NCBI RefSeq assembly: GCF_022846255.1
Contig: NZ_AP025682.1
From: Escherichia coli
GTDB lineage: Bacteria; Pseudomonadota; Gammaproteobacteria; Enterobacterales; Enterobacteriaceae
Reading direction: 5' to 3' (one strand)
DNA length: 64,000 bases
Shown: piece by piece, positions 53,882 through 64,000 of the stretch
Position numbering within the stretch: position 1 is the first letter of the stretch
How the letters are laid out: each line of letters opens with the position of its first letter
Made by a program: the position numbers and the translations under genes
The notes under the pieces: generated by a model
Told to the model about the DNA's origin: nothing
Databases searched by the model: none
Seen by the model: only the letters and a program-made list of their open reading frames with translations

Positions 53882-54628
53882 ATGGAACAAGCGCATACCC
53901 AGCTGATTGCCCAACTGAACGAGCGTATTTTAGCGGCGGATAACACGCCGCTTTATATTAAGTTTGCCGAAACGGTAAAAAATGCCGTGCGCAACGGGGT
54001 GCTGGAGCATGGCAATATTTTGCCCGGTGAGCGTGATTTAAGTCAGTTAACCGGCGTTTCGCGCATTACGGTGCGCAAGGCGATGCAGGCGCTGGAAGAA
54101 GAGGGCGTGGTGACGCGTTCGCGTGGTTACGGCACGCAGATCAACAACATCTTCGAATACTCGTTGAAAGAAGCGCGAGGTTTTTCTCAGCAGGTGGTAT
54201 TGCGCGGGAAAAAGCCCGATACGCTATGGGTTAACAAGCGTGTCGTGAAATGTCCCGAAGAAGTCGCGCAGCAGCTGGCGGTCGAAGCAGGAAGTAATGT
54301 CTTTTTGCTTAAGCGTATTCGCTATGTCGATGAAGAGGCGGTATCGATTGAGGAATCGTGGGTTCCGGCGCATTTAATTCATGATGTTGATGCCATCGGA
54401 ATTTCTCTTTATGACTACTTCCGCAGCCAGCACATTTACCCACAACGTACGCGTTCCCGCGTTAGCGCCCGGATGCCGGATGCCGAGTTTCAGTCACATA
54501 TTCAGTTAGATAGCAAAGTACCGGTGCTGGTGATCAAGCAAGTGGCGCTTGACCAACAGCAACGGCCTATTGAGTACAGCATCAGCCACTGTCGCAGCGA
54601 TCTATACGTTTTTGTGTGCGAGGAGTAG
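53882..54628 (+). CDS. yegW: GntR/HutC-family transcriptional regulator YegW
   Basis: ORF track 53882..54628; N-terminal wHTH (ILPGERDLSQLTGVSRITVRKAM) and UTRA-like C-terminus. Confidence 0.88.
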   Translation: MEQAHTQLIAQLNERILAADNTPLYIKFAETVKNAVRNGVLEHGNILPGERDLSQLTGVSRITVRKAMQALEEEGVVTRSRGYGTQINNIFEYSLKEARGFSQQVVLRGKKPDTLWVNKRVVKCPEEVAQQLAVEAGSNVFLLKRIRYVDEEAVSIEESWVPAHLIHDVDAIGISLYDYFRSQHIYPQRTRSRVSARMPDAEFQSHIQLDSKVPVLVIKQVALDQQQRPIEYSISHCRSDLYVFVCEE

Positions 54629-55567
54629 TTCCTCGCGCGTTGGCGCACAATCACCGCCCCGATGCCCGACAACCCACGACGCCACTGCATTGCCCAGTAA
54701 TACGGCATCCGCCAGTGGCAGACCAGAGGCCAGCCCGGCAAGTACGCCGCCGGCATGACTGTCGCCCGCCCCAATGGTGTCTACAACTTGCGTTGGAAAT
54801 GCCGGAATGCAGCCAGAAGCGTCGTTGCTGAAATACCATGCGCCCTCTTTATCGAGACGAACGATCAACGGCGCGGCAAATTTCTCCTGCCATTGCTTGC
54901 CTAGTGTTGTTATCTCTGCGGATAGAGCAAAACGTTCGGCGGCAATCTCAGCCTCCTGACGATTGAGTGATACTAAAGGTCGACAGGCCATGATCCGCGC
55001 CAGTAATGCATCCTGGATATCGCCAATACGTGGGCCAAAATCGATAAACGGCGTCACGTCTTGCAGCTTTTCCAGCCATTCCACTAACAATTCGCCGCAG
55101 GGCGAGGCCAGTTGATAACCGGAAAAATAGAGCAGGCTGCCAGGTGCAACGGTTAATCGCGCCAACCATTGGCGATTCCACTGATTTTCCACACCGCTGA
55201 ATGACATAAAAGTGCGTTCGCCATCAGGCTCAACCAGCGCCAGACACCAGCCGTTATCATCTTCGGCGTTATCGATCAGGCTGATTAAGTCCTCTTTTGC
55301 CATCCGGTTGCGAATAATCTCCGCCCACACCCCCTGACCGAGCGGCAAGGCATTACCCGCTTCGATGCCGAGGCGCTTTAATGCCACGGCAATATTCAGT
55401 GCACAGCCGCCAACGTTAACGCTCTGCTGTTTCAGTTCGATATCGCACCCACGCCAGGGGAGGGCATAAGCGTCGGCGATCACATCAATGACCGCCGCGC
55501 CGACGACCATCACCGGCTGACGCGTGGTTAATTCAGGCAGCAGCGTGTGTAATCGAGCGCTGCTCAT
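54602..55567 (-). CDS. yegV: PfkB-family carbohydrate/nucleoside kinase YegV
   Basis: ORF track 54602..55567; ribokinase-like motifs (DTIGAGDSHAGG). Confidence 0.85.
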   Translation of the reverse strand: MSSARLHTLLPELTTRQPVMVVGAAVIDVIADAYALPWRGCDIELKQQSVNVGGCALNIAVALKRLGIEAGNALPLGQGVWAEIIRNRMAKEDLISLIDNAEDDNGWCLALVEPDGERTFMSFSGVENQWNRQWLARLTVAPGSLLYFSGYQLASPCGELLVEWLEKLQDVTPFIDFGPRIGDIQDALLARIMACRPLVSLNRQEAEIAAERFALSAEITTLGKQWQEKFAAPLIVRLDKEGAWYFSNDASGCIPAFPTQVVDTIGAGDSHAGGVLAGLASGLPLADAVLLGNAVASWVVGHRGGDCAPTREELLLAHKNV

Positions 55568-56568
55568 ACCGCCTCCCGTTGTTGGCGATACTTCGCCAGC
55601 GCTGTGGCATAGCGGTTGAAATCAAGCTGATTTACTGCATCCAGTTCCGCCTTTAACGCAGGATCGATAGCGTTAACGCCATGCAACGCGCCACAAATTG
55701 CCGTCGCCATAGCACCGATGGTGTCTGTGTCGCCGCCAAGGTTAGCGCAAAGGACGGCGCAACGGTTCGGATCGGTTTGTGCCAGTTCAACCAGCGCAAT
55801 GGCACACGGCACGGACTCAATGGTGCTGGTGCCTGCGCCAACGACCTGATAAAGCTGTTCGCTGGCGGATTCGGTGCCGTCGGCATTGCGCACTATTTTC
55901 AGCGCAATCTCCAGACGTGCCGCCAGTGAGGCGCTGAAGGTAGTGATGCGTTTTTGTTGAGCATGTCGCGCAATTGAGGGCAGTGAATCAACAATCGCTG
56001 ACCAGCTTTCTCCGTCAATGGCACGAGAAATCGCCCATGCGATGACTACCGCCCCCGCAACCGCCAGATCGGATTTATGGGTCGGGCTGGAGGCCAGCGC
56101 CACATCATCAATAAAAGAGTCAATATCGCGCGCCGGAAGCAAACAACCTAATGGCGAGACGCGCATCGCTGCGCCGTTGGTCACGCCGTTATTTTCCAGT
56201 TCAGCAACGGGTTTACCGTCGCGAATGGCGTTAAGCGCAATCTTCGAGGTCGGACCTAGTACGTTTTTGTTAAAGGCGTCGAAACGCAGCGCCCAGTCGA
56301 GAATATTACGCCCAATCAGATCCGGATCGATCTTGCCTTCACGTTCCAGTAACGCATCCGCCAGACACAGCGCCATCGAGGTATCGTCGGTGAATTCGGC
56401 GCGGTTAAAATAACAGGCTGCGTTATTCTCCTTTGGCCCAGGCAGAAAACGGTCAATCCAGCCAAAGTGTGCTTTAACGCGGCTGCGTGGCCAAAGCTCG
56501 GAGGGCATCCCCATCGCATCCCCTAACGCCTGCCCATAAAGAGCACCGAGAATACGTTCTGTTTTCAT
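55564..56568 (-). CDS. yegU: ADP-ribosylglycohydrolase-family protein YegU
   Basis: ORF track 55564..56568; overlaps yegV start and yegT stop by 4 bp each. Confidence 0.85.
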   Translation of the reverse strand: MKTERILGALYGQALGDAMGMPSELWPRSRVKAHFGWIDRFLPGPKENNAACYFNRAEFTDDTSMALCLADALLEREGKIDPDLIGRNILDWALRFDAFNKNVLGPTSKIALNAIRDGKPVAELENNGVTNGAAMRVSPLGCLLPARDIDSFIDDVALASSPTHKSDLAVAGAVVIAWAISRAIDGESWSAIVDSLPSIARHAQQKRITTFSASLAARLEIALKIVRNADGTESASEQLYQVVGAGTSTIESVPCAIALVELAQTDPNRCAVLCANLGGDTDTIGAMATAICGALHGVNAIDPALKAELDAVNQLDFNRYATALAKYRQQREAV

Positions 56569-57842
56569 TTAACTTCCCCTTGTGTCAACGCAATATCGCG
56601 ATCATCGACCTTGATAGCCGTAATTTCGTTGTCGGATTCGCGGAAAAAAATCATGAACAGCACGGCGATAATGGCAATCATCACCGCGCCGAAAGTCCAC
56701 ATCCCGGCCCAGTTGAAAGTCAGTCCGTTTACCGGTTCCTGATAAGCGAACATCTTTTCCATCATCACACCGCCAAGACGATAGCCGAGCAAACTGCCGA
56801 AGCCCTGGCAGCAGAGCGTGATCAGCCCCTGCGCAGCGGTACGCATATGCACGGGGGCTTTTTTATCGACATAGATGTAAGCGGTAACGTAGTAAAAATC
56901 GTAACTTACGCCGTGCAGCAAAATGCCGAGGAACAGTAACGCGTAGGTGAAATATTCATCCGCACTACCGTAAATAAAGAAGCCATAGCGGATCGCAGCG
57001 GTGACCAGACCAAGCAACAATACCTTTTTGATACCAAAGCGTTTGGTAAAAAACGGCAATGCCAGCATAAAGAAGATTTCAGAGAACTGGCCGAGCGTCA
57101 TCCAGCCAGTGGCGTTTTTCATGCCAACTTCGGTCAGATAACCGTTGGCAAAGATGTAATAGAACGCCAGTGGCATCGCAAACAGGAATGAACAGAAGAA
57201 AAAGACGAGGAAGTTCTTATCGCGCAGCAGGATCAGCGCATCCAGGCCGAGCATGACTTTAATATCCATTTTGCCGGTGCTTTTTGGTGGCGTGTCGGGC
57301 AGGAAAAACGCAAACACACCAAGCAGAGCAGAACTTCCGGCGGTAATCAGCAGCGGGATGTTAGTCGGAGAGATATCGGCATAACCCAGCATTTGCGGCA
57401 AAAATCCACATGCCAGACCGGAGGCAATCCAGCCGATAGTGCCCATCACACGAATGCGTGGGAAATCACGCTCCACATCCGGCACGTTGGCAAAAGCGAT
57501 ACTGTTAGTCAGCGCAATGGTCGGCATATAGGTTAGCGAGTAGGCCAGCAGTAACGGGAAGAACCCGGCAAAAGTGGTTTGTTGCGCGGCGAAATACATC
57601 AGCACCGCACCAGCGAACATCAATACCGCCAGCACTTTCTGCGCCGAGAAAAAGCGGTCAGTGATGGAGCCAACCAGAATCGGCGACAGGATCGCCGCAA
57701 TGGCGGTACAGGCATACGACCAGCCAATTTCTCCGGCACTAAAACCGCTTTTACTTAACCACAACCACAATGGCACAAACCACGCGCCCCAGATAAACCA
57801 TTCAACAAACATCATGAACGACAGCTTTGCTGTTGTTTTCAT
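56565..57842 (-). CDS. yegT: MFS nucleoside-type transporter YegT
   Basis: ORF track 56565..57842; 12-TM MFS-like protein. Confidence 0.85.
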   Translation of the reverse strand: MKTTAKLSFMMFVEWFIWGAWFVPLWLWLSKSGFSAGEIGWSYACTAIAAILSPILVGSITDRFFSAQKVLAVLMFAGAVLMYFAAQQTTFAGFFPLLLAYSLTYMPTIALTNSIAFANVPDVERDFPRIRVMGTIGWIASGLACGFLPQMLGYADISPTNIPLLITAGSSALLGVFAFFLPDTPPKSTGKMDIKVMLGLDALILLRDKNFLVFFFCSFLFAMPLAFYYIFANGYLTEVGMKNATGWMTLGQFSEIFFMLALPFFTKRFGIKKVLLLGLVTAAIRYGFFIYGSADEYFTYALLFLGILLHGVSYDFYYVTAYIYVDKKAPVHMRTAAQGLITLCCQGFGSLLGYRLGGVMMEKMFAYQEPVNGLTFNWAGMWTFGAVMIAIIAVLFMIFFRESDNEITAIKVDDRDIALTQGEVK

Positions 57843-58098
57843 CTTTTAATTCCTTCATGACAGGTAATGTAAGGTACGCGATGACAATACCACTTAGTAA
57901 TACCTTTTAAATACCTTTGCGGTGAAAACTTGACCGCGGTAACATTTTTTCTGATGAATCGAGCCAACAGAAAACGCTGAAAAAACATCCAAAAGATGGA
58001 AAAACTCGCCCGTAACGACCAGGATTATGATTGCCCGCAAAAGGCGGGCCAGGACAATCCATAGCCGATATCCAATCGGAATTTACGGGAGCATAGTA

Positions 58099-59151
58099 AT
58101 GACAGATATTGCGCAGTTGCTTGGCAAAGACGCCGACAACCTTTTACAGCACCGTTGTATGACTATTCCTTCTGACCAGCTTTATCTCCCCGGACATGAC
58201 TACGTAGACCGCGTGATGATTGACAATAATCGCCCGCCAGCGGTGTTACGTAATATGCAGACGTTGTACAACACCGGGCGTCTGGCTGGCACAGGATATC
58301 TTTCTATTCTGCCGGTTGACCAGGGCGTTGAGCACTCTGCCGGAGCTTCATTTGCCGCTAACCCGCTCTACTTTGACCCGAAAAACATTGTTGAACTGGC
58401 GATCGAAGCGGGCTGTAACTGTGTGGCGTCAACTTACGGCGTGCTGGCATCGGTATCGCGGCGTTACGCGCATCGCATTCCATTCCTCGTCAAACTTAAT
58501 CACAACGAGACGCTAAGTTACCCGAATACCTACGATCAAACGCTGTATGCCAGCGTGGAGCAGGCGTTCAATATGGGCGCGGTGGCGGTTGGTGCGACTA
58601 TCTATTTTGGCTCGGAAGAGTCACGTCGCCAGATTGAAGAAATTTCTGCGGCTTTTGAACGTGCGCACGAGCTGGGCATGGTGACAGTGCTGTGGGCCTA
58701 TTTGCGTAACTCCGCCTTTAAGAAAGATGGCGTTGATTACCATGTTTCCGCCGACCTGACTGGTCAGGCGAACCATCTGGCGGCAACCATAGGTGCAGAT
58801 ATCGTCAAACAAAAAATGGCGGAAAATAACGGCGGCTATAAAGCGATTAATTACGGTTATACCGACGATCGAGTCTACAGCAAACTGACCAGTGAAAACC
58901 CGATTGACCTGGTGCGTTATCAGTTAGCTAACTGCTATATGGGCCGGGCCGGGTTGATAAACTCCGGCGGTGCTGCAGGCGGTGAAACTGACCTCAGCGA
59001 TGCAGTGCGTACTGCGGTTATCAACAAACGCGCAGGCGGAATGGGGCTGATTCTTGGACGTAAGGCGTTCAAGAAATCGATGGCTGACGGCGTGAAACTG
59101 ATTAACGCCGTGCAGGACGTTTATCTCGATAGCAAAATTACTATCGCCTGA
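58099..59151 (+). CDS. fbaB: Class I fructose-bisphosphate aldolase (350 aa)
   Basis: ORF track 58027..59151; start at [16 protein letters not shown] (58099); recognised as FbaB. Confidence 0.92.
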
Positions 59152-59178
59152 TGCGCTTCATACGAACAGCACTACCCC

Positions 59179-59214
59179 GTAGGCCGGAAAAGGCGTTAAC
59201 GCCACATCCGGCAT
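59179..59214. repeat. REP element downstream of fbaB
   Basis: gtaggccggaaaaggcgttaacgccacatccggcat matches the REP consensus family. Confidence 0.6.
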
Positions 59215-59235
59215 AAAACCACGCGTACTTTGTTA

Positions 59236-59263
59236 CGGCTTCCCCCGGGAGGCCGTTTTTTTT
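59236..59263 (+). terminator. Intrinsic terminator after fbaB/REP
   Basis: ggcttccc-cc-gggaggcc hairpin followed by g and eight T. Confidence 0.65.
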
Positions 59264-59325
59264 GCCTTTCATTCCTCGAACAATTTTCACATTATCGTTT
59301 TTGTGATCGTTATCTCGACATTTAA

Positions 59326-61525
<2,200 letters not shown>

Positions 61526-61534
61526 GGACGGTAT

Positions 61535-61987
61535 ATGACTAACCTGTTTGTTCGTAGCGGAATTTCTTTTGTCGATCGTAGCGAAGTTTTAACCCATATC
61601 GGTAATGAGATGCTCGCGAAAGGTGTGGTTCATGATACCTGGCCACAGGCATTAATTACCAGAGAAGCAGAATTCCCTACCGGGATAATGCTTGAGCAGC
61701 ACGCCATTGCAATACCGCATTGTGAGGCGATTCATGCTAAGTCGTCAGCCATTTATCTGTTAAGGCCAACAAATAAAGTTCATTTTCAGCAAGCGGATGA
61801 TGATAACGACGTGGCGGTATCGTTGGTTATTGCGTTGATTGTGGAAAATCCGCAGCAGCAATTGAAACTTTTACGCTGTTTATTTGGCAAGTTACAACAG
61901 CCCGATATCGTCGAGACACTAATCACTCTTCCTGAAACCCAGTTAAAGGAATACTTCACAAAGTATGTTTTAGATTCAGACGAATAA
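61535..61987 (+). CDS. gatA: Galactitol PTS enzyme IIA
   Basis: ORF track 61535..61987; 150 aa; synteny in the gat operon. Confidence 0.9.
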   Translation: MTNLFVRSGISFVDRSEVLTHIGNEMLAKGVVHDTWPQALITREAEFPTGIMLEQHAIAIPHCEAIHAKSSAIYLLRPTNKVHFQQADDDNDVAVSLVIALIVENPQQQLKLLRCLFGKLQQPDIVETLITLPETQLKEYFTKYVLDSDE

Positions 61988-62017
61988 ATCCCTCTGTAAC
62001 AATAAAAAGGACTATTT

Positions 62018-62302
62018 ATGAAACGCAAGATTATTGTCGCTTGCGGAGGCGCGGTTGCGACCTCTACGATGGCGGCGGAAGAAATTAAAGAGTTGTGTCA
62101 GAGTCATAATATTCCTGTTGAATTAATCCAGTGTCGGGTTAATGAAATAGAAACCTATATGGATGGCGTGCATTTGATATGCACCACTGCCAGGGTGGAT
62201 CGTAGTTTTGGCAATATTCCGTTAGTTCACGGCATGCCTTTTGTTTCTGGTGTCGGTATCGAAGCATTACAAAATAAAATTCTGACTATCTTACAGGGGT
62301 GA
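62018..62302 (+). CDS. gatB: Galactitol PTS enzyme IIB
   Basis: ORF track 62018..62302; 94 aa; N-terminal Cys ([11 protein letters not shown]). Confidence 0.9.
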   Translation: MKRKIIVACGGAVATSTMAAEEIKELCQSHNIPVELIQCRVNEIETYMDGVHLICTTARVDRSFGNIPLVHGMPFVSGVGIEALQNKILTILQG

Positions 62303-62305
62303 CCT

Positions 62306-63661
62306 ATGTTTTCAGAAGTCATGCGTTATATTCTCGACCTCGGCCCTACGGTGATGCTGCCGATTGTCATCATTATTTTTTCTAAAATATTAGGCATGAA
62401 GGCAGGCGATTGCTTTAAAGCGGGTCTGCATATCGGGATTGGCTTTGTTGGCATTGGCCTTGTGATTGGCTTAATGCTGGATTCCATTGGCCCGGCGGCG
62501 AAAGCGATGGCGGAAAATTTCGACCTGAATCTGCATGTGGTCGATGTCGGCTGGCCGGGCTCTTCACCCATGACCTGGGCGTCGCAAATTGCGCTGGTGG
62601 CGATTCCGATTGCGATTCTGGTTAACGTGGCGATGTTACTGACCCGTATGACGCGGGTGGTAAATGTTGATATCTGGAATATCTGGCATATGACCTTCAC
62701 CGGCGCGTTGCTGCATCTGGCAACCGGTTCATGGATGATAGGGATGGCGGGTGTGGTTATTCACGCGGCGTTTGTTTATAAACTCGGCGACTGGTTTGCC
62801 CGCGATACCCGAAATTTCTTTGAGCTGGAAGGAATTGCTATTCCGCACGGTACATCGGCGTATCTGGGGCCGATAGCGGTGCTGGTGGATGCTATCATCG
62901 AGAAAATCCCAGGGGTTAACCGTATTAAATTTAGTGCCGACGATATCCAGCGCAAATTTGGTCCTTTTGGCGAGCCCGTCACCGTGGGTTTTGTGATGGG
63001 ACTGATTATCGGCATCCTCGCGGGTTACGATGTCAAAGGTGTATTGCAGCTGGCGGTAAAAACGGCGGCAGTTATGCTGCTGATGCCACGGGTGATTAAA
63101 CCCATCATGGATGGTTTAACGCCCATCGCTAAGCAGGCCCGTAGTCGTTTACAGGCGAAGTTCGGCGGTCAGGAGTTCCTGATTGGCCTTGATCCGGCGT
63201 TGCTGCTGGGACATACGGCGGTGGTATCGGCAAGCCTGATTTTTATTCCACTCACCATTTTAATTGCTGTTTGTGTGCCGGGTAATCAGGTGCTGCCGTT
63301 TGGCGACCTTGCCACCATCGGCTTCTTTGTGGTGATGGCGGTCGCGGTGCATCGTGGAAATCTGTTCCGCACCTTAATTTCGGGTGTCATCATTATGAGC
63401 ATCACCCTGTGGATCGCGACGCAAACTATTGGTTTGCACACCCAACTGGCGGCTAATGCGGGCGCGTTAAAAGCCGGGGGTATGGTGGCTTCAATGGATC
63501 AGGGCGGTTCTCCCATTACCTGGTTACTGATTCAGGTTTTCTCCCCGCAAAATATTCCCGGTTTCATTGTTATCGGCGCAATTTATCTTACCGGTATTTT
63601 CATGACCTGGCGTAGAGCGCGTGGCTTTATTAAACAAGAGAAAGCCGTTCTCGCAGAATAA
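62306..63661 (+). CDS. gatC: Galactitol PTS enzyme IIC permease
   Basis: ORF track 62306..63661; polytopic membrane protein, 451 aa. Confidence 0.92.
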   Translation: MFSEVMRYILDLGPTVMLPIVIIIFSKILGMKAGDCFKAGLHIGIGFVGIGLVIGLMLDSIGPAAKAMAENFDLNLHVVDVGWPGSSPMTWASQIALVAIPIAILVNVAMLLTRMTRVVNVDIWNIWHMTFTGALLHLATGSWMIGMAGVVIHAAFVYKLGDWFARDTRNFFELEGIAIPHGTSAYLGPIAVLVDAIIEKIPGVNRIKFSADDIQRKFGPFGEPVTVGFVMGLIIGILAGYDVKGVLQLAVKTAAVMLLMPRVIKPIMDGLTPIAKQARSRLQAKFGGQEFLIGLDPALLLGHTAVVSASLIFIPLTILIAVCVPGNQVLPFGDLATIGFFVVMAVAVHRGNLFRTLISGVIIMSITLWIATQTIGLHTQLAANAGALKAGGMVASMDQGGSPITWLLIQVFSPQNIPGFIVIGAIYLTGIFMTWRRARGFIKQEKAVLAE

Positions 63662-63708
63662 TTTTTACCTGAGGGGGAGGTTATCCCCCTTAACAATCAG
63701 GAGTTTTT

Positions 63709-64000
63709 ATGAAATCAGTGGTGAATGATACTGATGGTATCGTGCGCGTAGCAGAAAGCGTCATTCCTGAAATTAAACATCAGGATGAGGTGCGGGTAAA
63801 AATTGCCAGCTCGGGCTTATGTGGTTCCGATTTACCCAGGATATTTAAAAATGGTGCACATTATTATCCAATAACGTTAGGCCATGAATTTAGTGGCTAT
63901 ATTGATGCGGTGGGATCCGGTGTTGATGATTTACACCCCGGCGATGCGGTTGCCTGTGTGCCGTTATTACCCTGTTTTACTTGTCCAGAGTGTCTGAAAG
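63709..64000 (+). CDS. gatD: Galactitol-1-phosphate 5-dehydrogenase GatD (N-terminal portion; continues beyond window end)
   Basis: ATG at 63709 after SD caggag; MKSVVNDTDGIVRVAE...; zinc-ADH motif GHEFSGY; frame open to window end. Confidence 0.85.
   Translation, partial: MKSVVNDTDGIVRVAESVIPEIKHQDEVRVKIASSGLCGSDLPRIFKNGAHYYPITLGHEFSGYIDAVGSGVDDLHPGDAVACVPLLPCFTCPECLK

Noticed and set aside
59179-59214. Possibility that the REP elements (3615, 9931, 59179) mark mobile-element ends
   Set aside because: They match the ordinary REP/BIME consensus found at many E. coli 3' intergenic sites and are not associated with target-site duplications or transposase genes.

Overview
Enterobacterial (Escherichia coli-type) chromosomal segment, colinear with the K-12 47-48 min region in reverse orientation, running preA-preT-yeiS-sanA-cdd-yohKJ-dusC-mdtQ-yohFDC-pbpG-dld-bglX-osmF/yehYXW-mlrA-btsSR-yehSR-yehQPML-yehI-molR-metG-apbC-yehEDCBA-rcnBAR-thiMD-yegXWVUT-fbaB-gatYZABCD. 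Most of the window is well-known core metabolism and transport, and gene calls rest on my recognition of the translated ORFs plus codon-offset start refinement from the supplied ORF track. The most interesting stretch is 25.2-40.2 kb, a same-strand block of poorly characterised genes: a MoxR-type AAA+ ATPase/VWA/SWIM-zinc-finger cluster (yehLMPQ, with yehM apparently frameshifted here) followed by two tandem giant paralogs (yehI, molR). Inside that block, between yehL and yehI, sits a compact type I toxin-antitoxin-like module: a 29-aa hydrophobic ORF with a long 5' UTR and a divergently transcribed small RNA carrying 19/20 nt complementarity to that UTR. I believe this matches the Zor-Orz family described in E. 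coli O157:H7, so it is probably not new, but it is the strongest non-obvious signal in the window. Intact mdtQ and molR (pseudogenes in K-12 MG1655, as I recall) indicate this is not MG1655. No rRNA, tRNA, CRISPR array, IS element or integrase was found. Coordinates of non-coding features were read by eye from the sequence and may be off by a few nucleotides; CDS ends follow the ORF track and include the stop codon.
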